The position numbers and the translations under genes are program-made. From a virus: DNA of 64,000 bases. The notes under the pieces were generated by a model that saw only the letters and a program-made list of their open reading frames with translations, did not search any database and was not told the DNA's origin. This document shows, piece after piece, positions 10,300 through 19,589 of the stretch; position 1 is the first letter of the stretch, and each line of letters begins with the position of its first letter. The stretch spans positions 66,359-130,358 of the IMG/VR virus record IMGVR_UViG_3300031578_000004. One strand, 5' to 3'.

Positions 10300-11282
10300 T
10301 TTTTTACCCTCCCTTTTCTTTGTACCATTAATTCCTAAGTTCTGCATTATCAATTAAAGTCCTTTAATAATTATGAACTGGATTGACTTATTTTCTAATT
10401 TAATAGTTACCATTAAAACTCATTATAATTTATCTAACCAATTAAAACAATCTTAACCAATAAAAAACCATTCCCCATACTAAAACAAAATCCCACCCAT
10501 AACAATCCCTCACCATATCCTCTCCGAATTACAATCTATTCCCACAGCCACTTTTACCCACTTTACCTATAAACACCTTACTCACTATATAAATGTCTCA
10601 AACTTACTTTAAATTAACCATATCAAACTAAATATAAAAAACATTTAAACACCCACTGTTTACACCTCACACTTAACACACTATACTGTTTAGTCTATAA
10701 CCTTAACACGCAAATTAACCGCAATTCAAACACAAATCTATCCACAAAACAAAAGGATGCTCTCAAACACCCTCACAAATCACATCACATTTATACCCTT
10801 AATTTTAATTCCAAGGTAACTTATCAACAAAACCCATAACCTTATCTAACCAAATCCCAAACCCAAACAATACACTAATAATACTTTCCACATTATAATT
10901 ACTTAAATACACCATTATAAATCTTCTATTTTTCTTTAAATTTCTCATATTTTACCTCACTTTTAAAGAATTTTTACATATAATTAAAGTATTTTACTAA
11001 AATCTAACCAATACCATTTTATTAACATTTTGGTATATTATTGTTTTTTAGGAATTTTTTTATTAGATATTTATTTTTTATTCTCTTTAGCATATAATGT
11101 ATTTGAGGTGAATATTTATGTTAAGTCAGAGAAGATAAATAATTCAAAATATAAGTAGCAAAATTATTATTTGTCATTTATTATTTGAGGATTTGGTTGT
11201 GGATAACTTTGTCAATATTTGTGACAGTTTTATATTTTAATCGAATTTTAAAACATTAAACAAATAATATAAAAATAATTTA

Positions 11283-11310
11283 TTGACAAGGTAGAAATGC
11301 GTGATATACT
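11283..11310 (+). promoter_or_regulatory. Sigma-A-like promoter heading the plus-strand region
   Basis: TTGACA-N16-TATACT with TG extension. Confidence 0.6.
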
Positions 11311-11351
11311 TAATTTAGGATTGAAAAATATATTTAGAAAGGAGGAAAATA

Positions 11352-11630
11352 ATGGTTAAAATAATAGAAACAAATTTATCATTAGATGCTTGTAATGAAA
11401 TAAAAGACCATCAATCAAGAGTAATAGAAGTTTTTGATTGGAATTCTTACATAAATGAAATTAAAGAATGCAAGTCTATAAACAGAAGTAGTGTAATAGG
11501 AAGTTTATACGGTTATTCTATACCTAAAGAATCTACAGTTGTAAACCTTACATATGATGATAAACATTTAGATTGTGATGTTATTAATAGATTCGGAATT
11601 AAAACTAAAAAATTAGTTTATTTGGTTTAG
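11352..11630 (+). CDS. Hypothetical phage protein
   Basis: AGGAGG RBS, 92 aa. Confidence 0.7.
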   Translation: MVKIIETNLSLDACNEIKDHQSRVIEVFDWNSYINEIKECKSINRSSVIGSLYGYSIPKESTVVNLTYDDKHLDCDVINRFGIKTKKLVYLV

Positions 11631-11672
11631 TAGAATAAACAATATAAAATAGTAAAAAGAAAGGAGGAAAAG

Positions 11673-12023
11673 ATGTTTAATTTATTTAAAAAGTATTATA
11701 TTAAAGAGTTTACAATAAGTGATTTTAGCGAAGGTAGACATGGTTACAACAACTCATATACTCATACTTGTGCTAATGTATCATATACAGGCATATATAA
11801 AGGTGAAAGTTATTCTTATACTTATAATTTACATTCTAGTAAAGATGGTTATTATTTTTGGAGTAAAGTAGGAGAAGATAGTATTAGTAAGGAATATGCT
11901 TATAAGTTTGCCACAGATATTAAAAAGGGAAAATATAAAAATATTATTAAGAATTTACTAGAGAATGATTTTAAGAAATGTATGATTAAAATGGAATATG
12001 AAAAATTAAGTTTAGTAAATTAG
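11673..12023 (+). CDS. Hypothetical phage protein
   Basis: AGGAGG RBS, 116 aa. Confidence 0.7.
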   Translation: MFNLFKKYYIKEFTISDFSEGRHGYNNSYTHTCANVSYTGIYKGESYSYTYNLHSSKDGYYFWSKVGEDSISKEYAYKFATDIKKGKYKNIIKNLLENDFKKCMIKMEYEKLSLVN

Positions 12024-12036
12024 AAAGGAGAAAAAT

Positions 12037-12234
12037 ATGGAAAGTAAAATAGATATTAGAACAGAAGTATATATGATTAAAAATAATAAAGACAAATATA
12101 TACTTCCTGTAGCATATGAAACTAAGGGATTTGCAGAATTTATCATGGAAGTAAAATTTAATTCTCTGTGGATACATAATAATTGGGTTGAGGTTATAGT
12201 TATTCCAGTAAAGTTTTTAAAAGAAACGTACTAA
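12037..12234 (+). CDS. Hypothetical phage protein
   Basis: AAGGAG RBS, 65 aa. Confidence 0.6.
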   Translation: MESKIDIRTEVYMIKNNKDKYILPVAYETKGFAEFIMEVKFNSLWIHNNWVEVIVIPVKFLKETY

Positions 12235-12278
12235 CAAATAATATAAAAATAAATATAATTTAGAAAGGAGGCACTTAT

Positions 12279-12716
12279 ATGAGAGATATAAAATTTAGAG
12301 CATGGGTGAAAGAAGTTTATGAAAATGGAGAATTTCAATATGGAGGGTATATGATAGATAATATTCACTCTTTGAATTTCAGTAAAGTTACAAACTTAAT
12401 GCTCGGTGTGACCCCTGTAGGAATTAGTTATTATCAACCAATGATGTATTTTGGGTCAATTGAAAATCTAAAGCAAGAGGAAATTGAGTTAATGCAATAT
12501 ACAGGATTAAAAGATAAGAACGGCAAAGAGATATATGAAGGTGATATAGTTGGATTTAAAGGCATAAGAGCAAAAATAATTTATGGATTTTGCGGATTTG
12601 AGTTTGAATGGATTGATGGCAACACTGATAAAATAAGACAACGCAAAACGGAAGAAATGTTTGAAAACACATCTATAATTTTTGAAGTAATCGGCAACAT
12701 ATACGAGGTGAAATAA
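12279..12716 (+). CDS. YopX family protein
   Basis: MRDIKFRAW...LMQYTGLKDKNGKEIYEGDIV...EVIGNIYE. Confidence 0.93.
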   Translation: MRDIKFRAWVKEVYENGEFQYGGYMIDNIHSLNFSKVTNLMLGVTPVGISYYQPMMYFGSIENLKQEEIELMQYTGLKDKNGKEIYEGDIVGFKGIRAKIIYGFCGFEFEWIDGNTDKIRQRKTEEMFENTSIIFEVIGNIYEVK

Positions 12717-12910
12717 TGAAATACATCTATGTAATCTTATGTGGAGACACTGTATCAGGACTAGGTTTTGATTCATTTGAGAAAGCTGAACAGTGGTTAA
12801 TTACAGAAAGGGATTGTGAGAGAGTGGGTAATGATTGGATTTATAAGGATAAGAGTGCTGATAGATGTAATTGTTTTTATTATAAGATAAAAGAAGTTAA
12901 GATTGTTTAG
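12716..12910 (+). CDS. Hypothetical phage protein
   Basis: Coupled to the YopX gene (TAATG overlap), GAGGTG RBS. Confidence 0.6.
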   Translation: MKYIYVILCGDTVSGLGFDSFEKAEQWLITERDCERVGNDWIYKDKSADRCNCFYYKIKEVKIV

Positions 12911-13025
12911 TGTTGTGAGGTTATGAATAAAATATATAAAAATAATAAATAAAATCAAACTAACAATACATCAATAAATAAATATACAATACGAAACCAC
13001 AAATGTGAATTGGAGGATTATTAAT

Positions 13026-13208
13026 ATGGTATATGTAATAAAAAATGAAAGGCTAAGAGATTATTTATATTGTCTAGGTTTTAATTATAAACAAACAACA
13101 GATAAAAACCAAATACAAGAATACATATATTTATTTAAGAAAACAGAAAAATTATTAGAAGCAATTACTTACTACACAAACTTTAAACAAGACCAAAAAC
13201 ATAATTAA
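13026..13208 (+). CDS. Small DUF5659-like protein
   Basis: GGAGG RBS; VIKNERLRDYL...GF...IYLFKKTEKLLEAITYY pattern. Confidence 0.55.
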   Translation: MVYVIKNERLRDYLYCLGFNYKQTTDKNQIQEYIYLFKKTEKLLEAITYYTNFKQDQKHN

Positions 13209-13320
13209 AAAACAAAACTTAATAACGAACAAAACAATCATAAAATAAAACAAGTTTTAAGCGAAGAAGAGATTATTATTTTCTCTTATTATATCTTTAA
13301 TTACTATTACTACACCTTAA

Positions 13321-13410
13321 TGAGGTACACGATTTATGTACCTGAGATTTGGCTTCTACTTGTTTTGAGGTACATGAATTATGTACCTGAGATTTTTTAC
13401 TTGTTTTTGA
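13321..13410. repeat. Two tandem copies (45-nt period) of a palindromic AGGTACA-N7-TGTACCT box
   Basis: TGAGGTACAcgatttaTGTACCTGAGATTT at 13321 and TGAGGTACAtgaattaTGTACCTGAGATTT at 13366, each followed by TACTTGTTTT. Confidence 0.85.
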
Positions 13411-13491
13411 TAAGTTTTTAAGTGTTTGATTTATAAGGGTTATGTAGGTTTTAAATGTAAATATCATGTTGATTTAGGAGGAAATTATATC

Positions 13492-14454
13492 GTGACAAAA
13501 AACAAGTATTTTTCAAAAATACCAAACAACTTATTTTATCTAAAAAGTAAAAAAAGTATATTTAAAATAACAAATGATTATAATGTTTTGTTTGTATTGG
13601 ATTATCTCTATACTAATACAAATAGGAGAAATCAAACTTTATTTACAATAGAAGATATTGTTAGGTATTGTGGACTTAAACCAGATGCTCACAGAGGTAA
13701 GAGTAATAATAGAATAAAAAGTATTGTAATAATGTTAAAGGAACTAAATTTAATTAATGATGATACAGATTATAGTCTGTTGGGAACTAAAGGTTATAAA
13801 AATGATAAAGATATATTATATACAAATCTAAACCTATTCAAGAAAAATAAAGAAGGTAATGATGTAGAGTTTGTATTATTAGAAGATAATGAAAGAAATA
13901 AGATTGTAAATACAGATACAAATCTTGATAAAACAAAACTACTATTCTATTATTTGTATTTAAAATCAAGAATATATAAAAGAAATGCTGAAACAGAGGG
14001 AGATTTAATTATGAATGGTGGAAAATCTGAGTCAGCATATATAAGTTTTGAAAAAATAAATGAGGATACTCTCCTTACAGCAGATACAATTAATAAATAT
14101 AATGAAGTATTAGTGGATTTACATTTAATTAAATATGATAGAGCTGAACACTGGTATTATAAAAGTGACCCTAATAAAACCACTTATGAAAGTTGTAATG
14201 TTTATGTTTTATATAATAATGGTAATTTTAAAACCAATTTAAAAGAAGGTATAAAACAATATAAATTATTCTATTCAGAGAAAAGAGTGTTTACTAAAAA
14301 TGAATATACTAACAATAATAGAAGAATTAATGGTAAAATAGGTAGATTATCTTATCTTGAGAGAATCGGTAAGGCTACTGAACAACAAATATTAGAGAAA
14401 AATGATTTAATTAAGTTGGTAGAATCTGAAAAGGAAAAGTATCTAACAAAATAA
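13492..14454 (+). CDS. Putative winged-helix DNA-binding / replication-initiator-like protein
   Basis: GTG after AGGAGG; FSKIPN start and two helix-turn-helix-like segments (FTIEDIVRYCG, ISFEKINEDTLLTADTINKYNEVL); repeats upstream. Confidence 0.5.
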   Translation: MTKNKYFSKIPNNLFYLKSKKSIFKITNDYNVLFVLDYLYTNTNRRNQTLFTIEDIVRYCGLKPDAHRGKSNNRIKSIVIMLKELNLINDDTDYSLLGTKGYKNDKDILYTNLNLFKKNKEGNDVEFVLLEDNERNKIVNTDTNLDKTKLLFYYLYLKSRIYKRNAETEGDLIMNGGKSESAYISFEKINEDTLLTADTINKYNEVLVDLHLIKYDRAEHWYYKSDPNKTTYESCNVYVLYNNGNFKTNLKEGIKQYKLFYSEKRVFTKNEYTNNNRRINGKIGRLSYLERIGKATEQQILEKNDLIKLVESEKEKYLTK

Positions 14455-14490
14455 TTTAACAAAAACTATAAAATTATTATTCAAACCCTA

Positions 14491-14518
14491 TTGACATACT
14501 CCAAACACGTGCTATAAT
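14491..14518 (+). promoter_or_regulatory. Sigma-A-like promoter upstream of metK
   Basis: TTGACA-N16-TATAAT with TG extension. Confidence 0.65.
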
Positions 14519-14635
14519 TAGTATATGGAGGTGATGATGATAACGGAAACTTAGTGATTGCAACAAATGATTTATAGAAGTGTAAAGAACAAATAATATA
14601 AAAATAAACCAAACAACATAAAAGGAGAATTATAA

Positions 14636-15673
14636 ATGAAATTATATAGTAATGAGATAGTTTTTAGAGGACATCCTGATAAGACTTGTGACCAAATAAG
14701 TGATGCATTATTGGATGCTTATTTAAAAGGGGATAAATATACAAGAGCAGGAATTGAAGTAATGGGTGGTAAGGGTAAAATATTTGTCACAGGTGAGGTT
14801 ACATCAAAAACAGAAGTAAATGTAGAAGAAGTAGTAAAAAGAGTTGTAAAAGAAATAGGTTACAATCCAGATAATTATGAAGTAATAGACAATATAGGTA
14901 AACAAAGTCCAGATATAGCACAAGGAGTAGACTTAGGTGGTGCTGGTGATAATGGTATGATGTTTGGTTATGCTTGTAATGAAACTATAGAATTATTACC
15001 TAAAGCTATGATAATACTTCAAAAATTAAGTCAATCATATAATAATTTAACACATCTTTATATGTTTTTACCAGATGGTAAGGCTCAAATAACAGGTTAT
15101 TATGATGATGATTTTAGATTAAAAAAGATAAAGACATTTACTATATGTTATCAAAACACAGAAGACAATAGAGAATATACAGATAAGATAATTAAAAAAT
15201 TAGCTTTGAGTATATGCAAAGAATATGAGATAGAAGTAGAAGAGTTTTTAATTAATCCTACTGGTAAGTTTTTAATTGGATTTTTTGAAGGAGATGCAGG
15301 TTTAACAGGTAGAAAAATAGTAGTAGATGCATATCAAAGTTTTGCAAATGTTGGCGGAGGAGCTTATTCAGGGAAAGATGGTACGAAAGTAGATAGAAGT
15401 GGAGCATATAAATCAAGACAAATAGCAAAGAGATATTTAATAAAACATAACCTTAAATGGTGTGAAGTACAATTAAGTTATGCAATAGGCAAGGCAGAAC
15501 CATTGGCAATTTATATAGATAGTGATATAGGTAATTTAGATGCAGAAGATGGTTTATACCAAGAATGTATACCATCAAATATTATAAGAGAATTAGATTT
15601 AAGAGAACCGAAATTTGAGAAAACAGCTATGTATGGACATTATGGTAATTCAGATTTTAGTTGGGAAATGTAA
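14636..15673 (+). CDS. metK: S-adenosylmethionine synthetase
   Basis: GHPDKTCDQISDA, GAGDNG, GLTGRKIVVD, GGGAYSGKDGTKVDRSGAY motifs. Confidence 0.97.
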   Translation: MKLYSNEIVFRGHPDKTCDQISDALLDAYLKGDKYTRAGIEVMGGKGKIFVTGEVTSKTEVNVEEVVKRVVKEIGYNPDNYEVIDNIGKQSPDIAQGVDLGGAGDNGMMFGYACNETIELLPKAMIILQKLSQSYNNLTHLYMFLPDGKAQITGYYDDDFRLKKIKTFTICYQNTEDNREYTDKIIKKLALSICKEYEIEVEEFLINPTGKFLIGFFEGDAGLTGRKIVVDAYQSFANVGGGAYSGKDGTKVDRSGAYKSRQIAKRYLIKHNLKWCEVQLSYAIGKAEPLAIYIDSDIGNLDAEDGLYQECIPSNIIRELDLREPKFEKTAMYGHYGNSDFSWEM

Positions 15674-15714
15674 AACAAATAATATAAAAATAAAATAATA
15701 AAGGAGAATAATTA

Positions 15715-16504
15715 TTGAGGTATTTTGGCGGAAAAGCAAAGATTGCTAAAGATATAGCAAATTTTATTAATGGGAGGTTTCTATGCAATATTTCGGAGGA
15801 AAACAAAGGATTGCAAAACATATTGCAGAATGGCTTAACTCTACACACACACACACACACACTATGTAGAACCTTTTTGCGGAGCGTGTAATGTTGCATC
15901 TAAAATACATATTAAAAATAAGATATTAAATGATAAAAATCCATATTTAATTGAAATGTTTAAAGCAATTCAAAAAGGATGGATACCACCTACTTATGTA
16001 TCTGAAGAAGATTATGCCAATGCAAAAAAGAATCAAGATAATGAACCGCATATAGCAGGATTTGTTGGATTTGCTTGTAGCTTTGCAGGAAAGTTTTGGG
16101 GAGGATATGCTAGAGATAGTAAAGATGGTAGTGGAACTGGAAATTATGCTTTGAGAGGTCATAATAGTATTTTAAAGAAGATGGAAATATTGATGGATGC
16201 ACAATTTACATGTAAAGATTTTATGGAATTAGATTATGAAAATTGTTTAATTTATTGCGACCCTCCATATAAGGGAACTACACCTTATTATAAAAAGATA
16301 TTAGGAGAATTTCCATATGATAAGTTTTTAGAATGGGTTAAAGAACAAAGTAAGAATAATACAATAATAATTAGTGAATATAAACATAATGTTCCTAATG
16401 ATGCATACATAGTTTTGGAAATACCATCAAAAACAAGTATAAGAGATAAAACTGGCAATGTAATTGAAACAATTGAGGTTTTATGGACTTATAATAATTT
16501 TTAA
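15715..16504 (+). pseudogene. Dam/D12-class N6-adenine DNA methyltransferase, out of frame at an (AC)10 tract; two alternative N-termini (TTG 15715, ATG 15783)
   Basis: YFGGK in both N-termini; YVEPFCG motif I from 15863 and DPPY motif IV lie in a third frame. Confidence 0.85.
15843..15862 (+). repeat. (AC)10 microsatellite inside the methyltransferase gene
   Basis: CT-ACACACACACACACACACAC-TATGTAGAA. Confidence 0.95.
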
Positions 16505-16558
16505 TACATAAAACAAATAATATAAAAATAAAATAACAAAACGGAGGTAACAAAATAA

Positions 16559-17026
16559 ATGACAAACAACACAAACAATTCCACTTCCCCAGATTCCGAC
16601 TCCCAAATAGAAGGTTTTAACCACACAGGTATACTACTACTAAAGCCTATGCAAAACAAAATAGAATATAGACTATATGACACAAAGATACCTTATCCTA
16701 TATGTGTAGAGAATTGGGATGTAAATGAGAGTCTTGAATTACATACATATAAAAACACATCACAAGAAACATATATACATATTTCAAGCGGTAATGAATT
16801 AATATGTGAAGGTATAGGTAAATTGAATAAGTATGTTGAAAATGGAGTAGATAAATATTATTTAATTACAGGAAAATATGTAGATTATATAGACCTTGAA
16901 AGAATCTTATTTAACTCAACAGAAAAAACAATTAATATAAAAATAAACACATTCCACAACGAAGAAGTAATCGTAGATGAGAAAGGAAGTCAAGCAGATG
17001 AGTCAAGAGAAGAACAACAAAGTTAA
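16559..17026 (+). CDS. Hypothetical phage protein
   Basis: GGAGG RBS, 155 aa. Confidence 0.65.
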   Translation: MTNNTNNSTSPDSDSQIEGFNHTGILLLKPMQNKIEYRLYDTKIPYPICVENWDVNESLELHTYKNTSQETYIHISSGNELICEGIGKLNKYVENGVDKYYLITGKYVDYIDLERILFNSTEKTINIKINTFHNEEVIVDEKGSQADESREEQQS

Positions 17027-17195
17027 TACGGCTAAAAATGAAGGATACAGTGATGTTTATGAAAGTTGTAGTATTTGTGGTAGAGATATGAGCAATCCAA
17101 AATACATATTTGTAGAAGTAGATTCAGATTTATATATTTGTGCTATTTGTAAGAAAAAACATAATATTCATGCTGTACAATGTGCAGAGATATAG
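16998..17195 (+). CDS. Small zinc-finger protein
   Basis: CSICG...ICAIC pair of CxxC motifs. Confidence 0.6.
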   Translation: MSQEKNNKVNTAKNEGYSDVYESCSICGRDMSNPKYIFVEVDSDLYICAICKKKHNIHAVQCAEI

Positions 17196-17221
17196 AAATC
17201 TCAACCAATTGCGAAATTGAT

Positions 17222-17284
17222 TAAAAGTGAATAATGAGTTTTATATGGCGTGAACACTCGTGATTTCAGTCGTGTGAGGTTCAG
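17222..17284 (+). mobile_element. IS200/IS605-derived minimal element (PATE-like), 63 nt
   Basis: Follows TTGAT; contains the hairpin CTCGTGA-TTTCAG-TCGTGTGAG and ends GGTTCAG; removing it restores an ORF at 17180-17374. Confidence 0.55.
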
Positions 17285-17391
17285 GCTAGAGAAATAAAAA
17301 ATCCATTTTCAAAAATGAAGAGATATTGCAAAGCTGAGTTCTGTGAAATTTTATTGAAGGATTATGAGGTTTAGAAAGGAGATAAATATAA

Positions 17392-17979
17392 ATGACATGT
17401 ATTATAGGTGTATTTGATAAAGAACAAAATTGTGTTTATATAGGAGCGGATAGTTTAGGTTCAAATGGATATAGTCAACAATTATTTAGAAATAAGAAAG
17501 TATTCAAAGCAACAGATAATTCAAATATAGTAATGGCTATTAGTGGAGATTATAAACTCTCTAATATATTGTCTATAGAGGATAAATTAGTTGAAGAGTT
17601 GAAAGAATTGAAAAACGAAGTTAATATTTCACATATTATTCAATATACAGTTCCTAAAATAATTGACTCTGCTATGAAATATAGATGTTATAAGAATAGA
17701 GATGGGTATGTAAGTATTGAAGGAGATATTATATTTGCATATAAAAATCAATTATATATAATAGAAAGTAATTTACAGGTTTTAGAGTCTGATGATGATT
17801 ACTTAGCTAGTGGTTCGGGGAAACAATTCGCTATGGCAGTACTTTCACAGAATAAAGATAAAAGTACCATAGATAGAATTAAAGAAGGTTTAGAGGCATC
17901 TGAGAAGCATGGTATTGGTATTAAAAGACCTTTTTATATTATGAATACTAAAGATGATAAAGTTATTAAGATTGATTAA
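17392..17979 (+). CDS. Ntn-hydrolase (HslV/proteasome beta-like) peptidase
   Basis: N-terminal Thr (MTCIIG), GADS motif, ASGSG...AMAVL. Confidence 0.75.
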   Translation: MTCIIGVFDKEQNCVYIGADSLGSNGYSQQLFRNKKVFKATDNSNIVMAISGDYKLSNILSIEDKLVEELKELKNEVNISHIIQYTVPKIIDSAMKYRCYKNRDGYVSIEGDIIFAYKNQLYIIESNLQVLESDDDYLASGSGKQFAMAVLSQNKDKSTIDRIKEGLEASEKHGIGIKRPFYIMNTKDDKVIKID

Positions 17980-18019
17980 GATAAAATGCGAAATTGGTAG
18001 AAATATAAAAGAGGAAATT

Positions 18020-18418
18020 ATGAATAAATCTAACAACATTATATATATAGTCGATATAGAAACATTTATAAAAGACTTCAGAAATTATGAAACAGGTAAA
18101 GAAATAATAGAACGTTTTACTCAAGGGTATTGCTATTGGTTTGCATACATATTAATTAATAGATTTCCAGACGGAGAAATTTATTATAATACCATGAACC
18201 ATTTTGTTTTTAAATATAACAATAGACTTTATGATATTACAGGTGATTGCACTGATAAATGGGATAATGAGTATTTATATGATTGGAATGAATATCAGAA
18301 AAAGGAAAAAGATTCAGAGCATATTAAACTTTTAGAACATTGCTGTATTAATAAAAATTATTATTATCCATATGGCTCTTTGGAGTTGGAAAATAAATAT
18401 CAAAAAACATATATATAA
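18020..18418 (+). CDS. Hypothetical phage protein with Cys-His-Asp (papain-like) pattern
   Basis: GYCYWFA...NHFV...YDITG; ATG 18020 after GAGG. Confidence 0.55.
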   Translation: MNKSNNIIYIVDIETFIKDFRNYETGKEIIERFTQGYCYWFAYILINRFPDGEIYYNTMNHFVFKYNNRLYDITGDCTDKWDNEYLYDWNEYQKKEKDSEHIKLLEHCCINKNYYYPYGSLELENKYQKTYI

Positions 18419-18469
18419 AATTACGACCAATGCTCAATTTTGTAAAAATAAGAAAGGAGAAAATTTAAT

Positions 18470-18631
18470 ATGAAATCGAAATGACATTTGTATATCTCGC
18501 TTACCAAATCAATAATCAGAATTCTAGCCTGTATTGTTGCTATAAAAACAAATAATGTATGGGATTTAGCAATAGGTTTAGCGGTAGCTGAGGTTTTGGG
18601 GATTTTGGAAGAAGTTAGGGATGAGAGATAG
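18470..18631 (+). pseudogene. Small membrane protein with in-frame TGA at codon 5
   Basis: AAGGAG RBS; MKSK*HLYISLTKSIIRILAC...AEVLGILEEV. Confidence 0.5.
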
Positions 18632-18671
18632 GGAAATATGAGATATATAAAATTATAAGGAGGATACTAAA

Positions 18672-19538
18672 ATAGAATTTGAAAAATATAAATTAATAAA
18701 GAGTCCACTTAATTATGTGGGTGGCAAATATAAACTACTTCCGCAGATACTCCCTTTATTTCCTGAAAATATAAATAGGTTTGTTGATTTATTCTGTGGA
18801 GGAGGAAATATAGGGGTTAATGTAAAGGCAAAACAAATTATTTGTAATGACTTTCAAAAAGAAGTAATAGAATTTTTAGATGCATGTAATAACACAGATA
18901 GTGAAGAAATGTTGTTAAAAATATTAGATATTGTTAATACATATAAGTTATCCAAAACTAATGCAGAAGGGTATTTAAAACTAAGAGAAGATTACAATAA
19001 TGGACATAAATCTTGGCTGACTTTTTATTCTTTAATATGTCACGCTTTTAACAACCAGATAAGATTTAATTCTAAGGGTAATTACAATATGCCTTTTGGG
19101 AAAGATAGAAGTAGTTTTAATCCAACACTACAAAAGAAGTTCATTAATTTTGTTGATGAATTAAAAAAGAAAAATATAAAATTTATAAATAAAGACTTTA
19201 GAAAATTACCTTTTGATAAATTAAATTCCAATGATTTTGTATACGCAGACCCTCCGTATTTGATTACTTGTGCAAGTTATAATGAAAATGATGGTTGGAA
19301 TGAGAAACACGAAAGAGATTTAATTAGTTTACTAGATAAATTAAATAAGCAGGGAGTTAAATTTGCTTTAAGCAATGTGTTAGAAGATAAAGGTAAATCT
19401 AATGATATATTAAAAGAATGGGTAATTAAATATAATATTAATCATTTAAATCATACATATGGGAATTGTAATTATCAAGCAAAAGATAAAAGCAAAGATG
19501 GAACGGTTGAAGTTTTAATTACAAATTATAAATATTGA
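18672..19538 (+). CDS. dam: Dam-family DNA adenine methyltransferase (T4 Dam-like)
   Basis: KSPLNYVGGKYKL, FVDLFCGGG, RFNSKGNYNMPFG, YADPPY; the frame extends upstream to an ATA placed 7 nt after AAGGAGGA. Confidence 0.9.
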   Translation: MEFEKYKLIKSPLNYVGGKYKLLPQILPLFPENINRFVDLFCGGGNIGVNVKAKQIICNDFQKEVIEFLDACNNTDSEEMLLKILDIVNTYKLSKTNAEGYLKLREDYNNGHKSWLTFYSLICHAFNNQIRFNSKGNYNMPFGKDRSSFNPTLQKKFINFVDELKKKNIKFINKDFRKLPFDKLNSNDFVYADPPYLITCASYNENDGWNEKHERDLISLLDKLNKQGVKFALSNVLEDKGKSNDILKEWVIKYNINHLNHTYGNCNYQAKDKSKDGTVEVLITNYKY

Positions 19539-19589
19539 AACTATAAAAAATGTCCTCAAAAGTTCAATTTGATGGAAAGGAGAGAATAA

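Noticed and set aside
15657-15899. Minus-strand ORF with VCVCVC
   Set aside because: Antisense reading of the AC tract in the methyltransferase gene
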